NCBI GenBank assembly: GCA_963741905.1
Contig: CAVUJZ010000017.1
Location: forward strand, 273,626-337,625
DNA length: 64,000 bases
Reading direction: 5' to 3'
Source of the DNA: an uncultured Acidobacteriota bacterium
GTDB taxonomy: Bacteria > Acidobacteriota > Thermoanaerobaculia > Gp7-AA8 > CAVUJZ01
A model generated the notes under the pieces. That model searched no databases. It saw only the letters and a list, made by a program, of their open reading frames with translations, and had not been told where the DNA came from. This document shows positions 58,031 through 64,000 of the stretch, in pieces. The stretch's first letter is position 1. Each line of letters opens with the position of its first letter. The translations under genes were made by a program, and so were the position numbers.

Positions 58031-58420
58031 ATGTCTACCACCGAAGAATCCGTCATTCCCAATCGAAGCGAGACCTCGGTGCTGAAGGTCCTCTGGAACG
58101 AAGGGGAGCTGAGCGCTCGCGAGGTTCATGACCGGGTGGGGGAGGCCCAGCAGTGGGCCTGCTCGACAACCCGGACGATCCTCGACCGGATGGTGAACAA
58201 GGGGCTCGCGGAGCGGCGCTCGCTTCACGGGATCCAGGTATTCAGCGCCGCGATCGGTCGGGCCGAAGGCTTCGCCGCGATCGTCAAGGATTTCGCGGAT
58301 CGTCTCCTGGATGGTCACTACACCGCGGTGGTTCCACTCTTCGTCAAGGGTAAGCGCCTGTCGAATGAGGATCTCGACGAGCTTCGAGCGCTCCTCGAGG
58401 CGGAGGAGGACAAGCGATGA
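58031..58420 (+). CDS. BlaI/MecI/CopY-family transcriptional repressor
   Basis: A winged-helix N-terminus (SVLKVLWNEGELSAREVHDRV..WACSTTRTILDRMVNKGLAERR) and a C-terminal dimerisation helix are present. Confidence 0.85.
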   Translation: MSTTEESVIPNRSETSVLKVLWNEGELSAREVHDRVGEAQQWACSTTRTILDRMVNKGLAERRSLHGIQVFSAAIGRAEGFAAIVKDFADRLLDGHYTAVVPLFVKGKRLSNEDLDELRALLEAEEDKR

Positions 58421-59809
58421 TCGTGAGCCCGCAGCCTCTCTTCGATGCCGTGCGCTTCAATGCCTTCGCCGGCTCGATGGTCTTCCTGATCGTTCTCGGA
58501 CTGACCCGGCTCCTGAGGGGCCTGTTCGCCGGCTCTCCACCATGCGCTCTGGCTGCTGGTGATCGTCCGGCTGGTGCTTCCTCCGTCTCTGGCGACACCG
58601 TTCAGCCTGGCGAATCTCCTGGCATCGTTCCAGCCGGAGACGAGGGTCGCGGAGCCATGGTCCGAGGCGCCGGTGGACGTGCGGAGCGACACCAGCGGAG
58701 CTCCGGCGGAGGGGAGGGTTGCGGTACCTCTCCTTCTCCTCTGGGCGACCGGGGCGTCTCTGTGCTGGCGCTGGTGGTTGCGTCGTCGCGGGCAGTTCCT
58801 CGCTCTGGCGAACTGGCGGAACCGATCGAAGATCCATCGGTGCTGGCGCTGGCGGAGCGCTGGCGGCAGTTGTTCTCGGTACGGCGGAAGGTCCGGCTCC
58901 TGAGGGTGAAGGCGGAGGTGTCCCCCTTCACTCTCGGCGTATGGCATCCGGTGATCGTCCTGCCGGCGAGCCTCGGTGCACGCTCCGCGAAGACGCTGGA
59001 AAGTGTGATTGCGCACGAGATGGCGCACGTGGCGCGGTTCGATGATCTGCAACTGCGGATTCAGAACGGAATCCGGGCGCTCTGGTTCTTTCATCCGGTG
59101 GTGTGGCTGTCGCTGGCGGCGATCGAGCGGGAGCGGGAATCGGCGCGGGATGCCGAGGTGCTGCGGACCGGCTGGATCGCGCCGGTGGAGTACGCACGGG
59201 GCCTGTTCGAGCTGGTCTCGAAGGAATGCGCGTCCGCAAGCGGGATCGCTGCGTTCGGAACGGAAAGGGGGAGATTACTGATGCGTTTTCGATCGATTGT
59301 TGATCATTGTCCGGAGCCTGTGTGGCGGATGCGTGCAGTGGTCCTGGTGGTGGCTCTGCTGGTTCTGCCGATGAGTACCGTTCGAGGTCAGAGTGGGGCG
59401 GGAGGGGAGCTCGCCAGCCCGCTGCCCGGCGCGACGGTGACCTCACCGTTCGGCGACCGGGCCAATCCCTTCAGCGGGGAACCGGCGCATCACGATGGGG
59501 TCGATCTCCGTGCCACGGGAGGAACGGCCGTGCTTGCGCCGGCCGATGGAGTCGTGCTGGAGGTGGCACCGGGGGAGAGGCTGAAAGAGAGCGACGGGGT
59601 GACCCTGGTGATTGGCCATGACGACGATCTGGTGACGGTGTACACGCACCTTCGGTCGGTGCGTGTGGAGGTGGGCGAGCGGGTTCGGCGGGGAGAGCCG
59701 GTTGCAACGGTCGGGGCGACCGGCAAGGTGACGGGACCGGCATCTCCACTTCGAGGTGCGCCGGGACGGGGCTCCGATCGATCCCGCATCCCTGATCGCG
59801 CAGTGGTAG
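58417..59809 (+). CDS. BlaR1-like M56 metalloprotease sensor fused to a C-terminal M23 (LytM-type) peptidase domain; three frameshifts near 58545, 58795 and 59740
   Basis: The ATGA overlap with the repressor gene is present. HALWLLVIVRLVLPPS is in an alternate frame. The M56 HExxH motif reads VIAHEMAHVARFDD. The M23 part reads PFGDRANPFSGEPAHHDGVDLRA..GTAVLAPADGVV..VYTHL..GATGKVTGP then, after an extra G, HLHFEVRRDGAPIDPASLIAQW-stop. Confidence 0.8.
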
Positions 59810-59949
59810 GCGGAGCCGGGACGTCGGCTCCCCCAGCCGAAGTCCCCGGCTCTCCGCCCCTCTCTTGCATCTCGCCGGGGAGTGGCGGTATCCTTCGCCT
59901 CCGCCGGAAATAGGCATCGGCGTTCCGGCGGTTCTGGAGGATCGCTCGC

Positions 59950-60026
59950 AGGCGCTTAGCTCAGCTGGTTAGAGCACCACCTTCACACGGTGGGGGTCAG
60001 CGGTTCGAGTCCGCTAGCGCCTACCA
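59950..60026 (+). tRNA. tRNA-Val (anticodon CAC), CCA encoded
   Basis: Cloverleaf folded by hand. Acceptor AGGCGCT/AGCGCCT, D arm GCTC..GAGC, anticodon stem CCACC/GGTGG with loop TTCACAC, T arm AGCGG-TTCGAGT-CCGCT, then A-CCA. Confidence 0.9.
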
Positions 60027-60082
60027 GAGCTCATTCGAAGCACCGATCGCGGCCCTCTCCGGGCCGCCCGCGCCACGGATAC

Positions 60083-60159
60083 AGGCTCTTAGCTCAGCTG
60101 GTTAGAGCGCCACCTTGACACGGTGGAGGTCAGCGGTTCGAGTCCGCTAGAGCCTACCA
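60083..60159 (+). tRNA. tRNA-Val (anticodon GAC), CCA encoded
   Basis: Acceptor AGGCTCT/AGAGCCT, anticodon loop TTGACAC, and the same D and T arms as the neighbouring tRNA. It lies 56 nt downstream of it. Confidence 0.9.
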
Positions 60160-60284
60160 ATTCTCCCTTCCACCTTTCGTCGCGATTCGCACGGGTTACC
60201 GTTCCTGCCATCGGTGTGGGCGGGATTCGGGATCCGGGGCGCGGGATGCGGAGATGCAAGGCCACAATTTCGCCCCAGCCGGGC

Positions 60285-60430
60285 GGCGGAGCCGCGACAG
60301 GAACCCTCTCCCCGTCCGGCAGGTGACTTCGAAGCGGGACTTCTGTTCGGGGAGAGGGCAGGGTGAGGGGCAACCGGAGAGCTCGAGAGCGACCAGTCAC
60401 AGCGAGATGCGGAGAGCTCTCGCGACCGCC
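60285..60430. repeat. MITE-like hairpin element, copy 1
   Basis: Ends GGCGGAGCCGCGA and TCGCGACCGCC. Internal stem CCCTCTCCCCG-N32-CGGGGAGAGGG. Positions 60285-60412 are repeated in inverted orientation at 61984-62110. Confidence 0.7.
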
Positions 60431-60589
60431 AGGTCTGCAGCGGAGCGGTTCCCGACCGGCCTCGCTACCAATTCTTCCTTTCAGCCGTCGTCGTATTCGG
60501 ACGGGTTTCGTTCCTACCCTCGGTGTGGGCGGGGCGTGGGATGCGAGGTGCGAGACCGCACTGCAGACAAACGAAAACGGCGACCGGTA

Positions 60590-60860
60590 CTGGAGACCAT
60601 CGAGATCGCCGTAGAGTTCCTCCTCGGGAGCGGCATCCGCGTCGGCGAGCTCGTCACCATCAGGCGAGCGGACGTGAACCACGAGGACGGCACCATCATT
60701 ATCCGCGGAAAAGGACAGCGGGAACGGCAGGTCTGCCTCCTACCGACGTGGCGCGGCTTCTCCGCACCTGCGAGCGACCCACGACAGGGGAGACCCTGCT
60801 CGTCAGCCGCCGAGGCGAGCCGGTAACGACGAGTTACATCAGGGAATGCCTACGCCGTCT
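60590..60860 (+). pseudogene. Tyrosine recombinase/integrase remnant (central part only, frameshifted)
   Basis: LETIEIAVEFLLGSGIRVGELVTIRRADVNHEDGTIIIRGKGQRERQV is followed, after a frame change, by LPPTDVARLL..TLLVSRRGEPVTTSYIRECLRRL. The Arg-I box region is present. The HxxR and catalytic Tyr regions are absent. Confidence 0.6.
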
Positions 60861-60945
60861 CCCGGGATCCCGGGAGGAAGGAGAGCGGAATCGTCTTCGC
60901 GCCATCGCCGACCGGCAGGATGCGCTCCGCCGGTATAATCGTGCG

Positions 60946-61335
60946 ATGGACGAGGAGCGACTGGAAAGAGTGGCTCGCCGGCACGGGATCCGATTGATCG
61001 TGAAGTTCGGTTCGGCTGTGACGGGGCGGGTGCACGCGGGAAGCGATCTCGATCTGGGAGTCTTCCTGGAACGGGTTCCTCGGACGGCGACCGAGCGCAT
61101 CGAGCTTACTGGTGATCTTCAGGAACTGGCTGCAGGGACGGATGTCGATGTGGCAATCATCAATCGGGCTGATCCGCTCTTTCTCAAGCAGATCATGCAG
61201 CGGTGTGAGCTCATTTATGGGGATCGCCGCACGCTGGCGGAGCTGAAGATGCTTGCCTTTCGCCGATATCAGGATCACCGTCCGTACCTGGAGATGGAAA
61301 GCAGGTATGTCAGGCGCGTGTCGGGGATGGAATGA
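60946..61335 (+). CDS. Nucleotidyltransferase (MNT-type antitoxin of an HEPN/MNT pair)
   Basis: GIRLIVKFGSAVTGRVHAGSDLDLGVFL shows the GS-X10-DxD minimal NTase motif. A TATAAT box ends 6 nt (60934-60939) before the ATG at 60946, so the mRNA may be leaderless. The stop overlaps the HEPN start (ATGA). Confidence 0.8.
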   Translation: MDEERLERVARRHGIRLIVKFGSAVTGRVHAGSDLDLGVFLERVPRTATERIELTGDLQELAAGTDVDVAIINRADPLFLKQIMQRCELIYGDRRTLAELKMLAFRRYQDHRPYLEMESRYVRRVSGME

Positions 61336-61757
61336 CGATCGATCGAGAACTGGTCACCCGTAAGATGCTCCTGATCTCCCGCGATCTGGAGGAGTTGCGC
61401 TCGATGCTCCCGGCGGATGCTCAGTCGTATCGGGAGAGCCTGAGAGATCAGGCCGTCGTGGAGCGCTACCTGGAACGGATGATCGGTCGGACGATCGACA
61501 TCAACTTTCACCTGATCACCGAAAGCGGCAATGCCCCACCATCGGATTACTACGCTTCGTTTGCGCAGCTCGCGGATTTGAAGATTCTCGAAGCCGCTTT
61601 TGCGAGGAGGATCGCCGCTGCCGCCGGCCTTCGGAACCGATTGGTTCATGACTACGACAGAATCGATCCGGACAGAGTGTTCGAGGCGCTGCAATCCGCC
61701 TTGGCGGACATTCCCCAGTACATCAGACAGGTGGAAGGTTTTCTGGAGCGGCGGTAG
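61332..61757 (+). CDS. HEPN (DUF86) domain protein, toxin partner of the MNT
   Basis: 141 aa with the R-X4-H motif in RNRLVHDYDRID. Confidence 0.85.
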   Translation: MTIDRELVTRKMLLISRDLEELRSMLPADAQSYRESLRDQAVVERYLERMIGRTIDINFHLITESGNAPPSDYYASFAQLADLKILEAAFARRIAAAAGLRNRLVHDYDRIDPDRVFEALQSALADIPQYIRQVEGFLERR

Positions 61758-61983
61758 CGAAACCAGGACGGGCATCCGGGGTCAGACCCGCAAGACGAAG
61801 CGATCACGTTTCTCGATGTTGGCCGAAGGGCTTCTGGCCACCGCGTGATGGCCGACCGCTGGGCGATCCTGGGCGATCCTGGCGCGTTCCCCCGGGATGC
61901 CATTTCGCGTCGCCCGATTCACCAGGATCGTGACGGAGTGATCCGTTGCCGACGTGGACGAGCCAGCTCCTGATGATGTGTAC

Positions 61984-62110
61984 ACCGGATCTCGCTGTCA
62001 TTGGTCGCTCTCGAGCTCCCGGTTGCCCCTCACCCTGCCCGATCCCCGAACAGAACTTCCTCCTCGAATCACCTGCCGGACGGGGAGAGGGTTCCTGTCG
62101 CGGCTCCGCC
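61984..62110. repeat. MITE-like hairpin element, copy 2 (inverted, truncated)
   Basis: The reverse complement aligns with 60285-60412 at roughly 85-90 percent identity by eye. It sits inside the remains of a PIN-domain gene. Confidence 0.7.
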
Positions 62111-62148
62111 GCGCGTTACGACCGCAGTTTGGCCTCTCATCTCAGGCC

Positions 62149-62259
62149 CATGGTGATCCGTTCGACCGCCTCCTGGTCGCCCAGGCGCTCGAAGGGAAGC
62201 TGGCCATCGTCTCCGCCGATTCCGTCTTCACGGAATACGGTGTGCGTCGAATCTGGTAA
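62149..62259 (+). pseudogene. PIN-domain (VapC-like) C-terminal remnant
   Basis: HGDPFDRLLVAQALEGKLAIVSADSVFTEYGVRRIW is a typical PIN C-terminus. A possible N-terminal trace (WAILGDPGAFPRDAIS) lies near 61860, left of the inserted repeat. Confidence 0.5.
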
Positions 62260-62417
62260 TCCGCGGGCCCGAGGGCGGTTCAATCCCGGGTATTCTCACC
62301 GGCGGGCGTAACCGGGTGCCGGGGAGATGATCACCCCATCCCCGTCCCGATCTGCGCCGCCGCGGTTGTCCTCGAGACGTCTTTTCTTCGGGCATATTCG
62401 TAGACTTCGACACCAGA

Positions 62418-63590
62418 TTGACGGTAAAATTGGTGTCGATGTTTCCGCGCAGCCTGCAGCCACCTCGCGGCTCCTTTTTTCTGTTCGGAGCTCGCGGCAC
62501 CGGGAAGAGCACCTGGATCCGTGTCCATTTCCCGGATGCCTTGGTCGTGAATCTCCTCGCCACGGATCTCATGCTCCGGTACGAACGGGATCCGGCGGAG
62601 CTCCGGCGGGAAGTCCTCGCGGTTCCGCGGACGCGGTGGATCGTTCTCGATGAGGTTCAGCGCGTGCCGAGACTCCTGGACGAGGTCCATCTCCTCATCG
62701 AGGAGCATGGTTACAAGCGGTTTGCGCTCACCGGATCGTCCGCGCGAAAGCTCAAACGGGGAGCGGCGAATCTGCTCGCGGGACGAGCGGTGGTGCGGAA
62801 TCTGTTTCCTCTCAGCACCGCGGAGATGAATTTTTCGATCCCTCCGGCGCAACTGATGCACTTCGGATCGATGCCGTTGAGTGTGAATGCCGAGGATGAC
62901 GAGGCGCGCGAGGAGTTTCTCCGGGCCTACGTCAGCACCTATCTGAGCGAAGAGATCAAGGCAGAGGGGCTGGTGCGGGAGCTCGGTGGGTTCAGCCGCT
63001 TTCTCCAGGTGGCTGCGCTCGCCGCGGGGCGGAGGACGAATGTCTCCGGTCTCGCCCGCGATGCAGGGGTCTCGCGTGAGACGGCGCGGGGCTATTTCGA
63101 GGTGATGGTGGATACCCTGATCGGGCACTGGTTGCCGGCGTACCGGCCGCGCGCCCGGATCAAGGAAGTCGCGCTGCCGAAGTTCTACTGGTTCGATCCT
63201 GGCGTTCTGGTTGCCGCCGCCGGAGGATTTGATCAGCCTCTCCCGGCGGACTGGGATGGCGTCCTGCTCGAGCATCTCATTCTCCACGAGATGCGCAGCC
63301 GGATGCACTACCAGAGGGTTCGTGGCTCGATCGGCTACTGGGCGACGCCGAGCGGAAGCGAAGTCGATTTCGTGTTCTGGCATGGAACCGACGTCGTCGC
63401 AATCGAGGTCAAACACGCCCGCGAGTTCCGACGGGAGTATCGGAAGGGTCTCGCCGCCTTCATGGAGGGGCATCGGGCGCGCAGCTACGTGGTCTATCGC
63501 GGCGACCGGGAGCTGCTGGTCGACGGAACACGGGTGCTTCCGCTCGAGATCTTTCTGCGCCGGTTACACGCCGGCGAGATCATCGGCTGA
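62418..63590 (+). CDS. AAA+ ATPase with a DUF4143 C-terminal domain (COG1373 family)
   Basis: Walker A FLFGARGTGKST, Walker B WIVLDEVQ, and the tail ..YWATPSGSEVDFVF..VAIEVKH, which looks restriction-endonuclease-like. Confidence 0.8.
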   Translation: MTVKLVSMFPRSLQPPRGSFFLFGARGTGKSTWIRVHFPDALVVNLLATDLMLRYERDPAELRREVLAVPRTRWIVLDEVQRVPRLLDEVHLLIEEHGYKRFALTGSSARKLKRGAANLLAGRAVVRNLFPLSTAEMNFSIPPAQLMHFGSMPLSVNAEDDEAREEFLRAYVSTYLSEEIKAEGLVRELGGFSRFLQVAALAAGRRTNVSGLARDAGVSRETARGYFEVMVDTLIGHWLPAYRPRARIKEVALPKFYWFDPGVLVAAAGGFDQPLPADWDGVLLEHLILHEMRSRMHYQRVRGSIGYWATPSGSEVDFVFWHGTDVVAIEVKHAREFRREYRKGLAAFMEGHRARSYVVYRGDRELLVDGTRVLPLEIFLRRLHAGEIIG

Positions 63591-63612
63591 CGCGAGGGGG
63601 GTGTTTTCCATC

Positions 63613-64000
63613 TCATTCTCCACCATTGATCCGGGAGCGGGATCCAGGCGTGCGATGATCAGCGTCTGCATCCGAACCAGCGCATCTCACCTCCGAAAAG
63701 TCGCCGGCCGCGTGACCGAGGGTGAGAATGATCGCGAGTGCGACAAGCGCGACCTCGAGTGCGCGAATTCCGAGAAAGACCCACGAAGCGACTGGTGTGG
63801 CGCTTGCCTGCATGAGACGCTGGACGCTCAGCACACCGCCCCCCGACCAGCGAAAAAGAGCACTGCCGATCATCGGAGCGGTTTGTCCGGCGTAGTCCCT
63901 GAACAATGCCCCCTCGTGAATGAGTAGATCCCACAGAACGGCATAGGCGAGCGCAGCGGTGGCGAGCCTTCGCGGAATGTGCTGAAGTGCGGGTGCGAGG
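63613..64000 (-). CDS. Hypothetical membrane protein, C-terminal part (continues beyond the window)
   Basis: The frame is open to the window edge: ..LATAALAYAVLWDLLIHEGALFRDYAGQTAPMIGSALF..VALVALAIILTLG. I recognise no family. Confidence 0.3.
   Translation of the reverse strand, partial: LAPALQHIPRRLATAALAYAVLWDLLIHEGALFRDYAGQTAPMIGSALFRWSGGGVLSVQRLMQASATPVASWVFLGIRALEVALVALAIILTLGHAAGDFSEVRCAGSDADADHRTPGSRSRINGGE

Overview
This is a 64-kb chromosomal segment, roughly two-thirds G+C by eye, from a diderm bacterium. An Acidobacteriota-like lineage is only a guess from gene content. All domain and family calls are made by eye from motifs; no database search was run.

Conserved core:
- A complete dcw cell-division and cell-wall cluster at 31.0-47.6 kb, in the order mraZ-rsmH-ftsL-ftsI-murE-murF-mraY-murD-ftsW-murG-murC-ftsQ-ftsA-ftsZ. 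There is no murB or ddl.
- carB and guaA.
- A minus-strand beta-oxidation operon: a FadB/FadJ-type enzyme, an acyl-CoA dehydrogenase fused to SCP2, and a translationally coupled GT-C membrane glycosyltransferase.

Accessory content:
- An ELWxxDGT-repeat surface protein followed by decayed orphan RHS core/tip cassettes.
- A RAYT (REP-associated Y1 transposase) flanked by inverted REP doublets.
- A KaiC-like ATPase with a hybrid histidine kinase.
- A VapBC pair.
- A heavily frame-disrupted amidase.
- An approximately 1380-aa ExeM/NucH/Xds-like extracellular nuclease followed by a prepilin-type gene.
- A BlaI/BlaR1-like pair in which the sensor carries an M23 peptidase domain.
- Two tandem tRNA-Val genes followed by a degraded island: an integrase remnant, an MNT-HEPN pair, a PIN remnant and a DUF4143 AAA ATPase.

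The most unusual material is non-coding. There are four unrelated hairpin-repeat families. Two of them form tandem arrays, one of about 1.4 kb (five ~250-bp units, each a ~215-nt long hairpin) and one of about 0.9 kb (five ~190-bp units). There is also a (GAGAGGT) heptanucleotide tract of about 31 units, 28 nt upstream of carB.

I found no clearly new protein-based system. The tandem structured-repeat arrays and the REP/RAYT unit are my best candidates for undescribed biology.

Caveat: many genes, including ftsZ and guaA, carry 1-nt indels, usually at short homopolymers. These look like sequencing or consensus errors, so all pseudogene calls are provisional.
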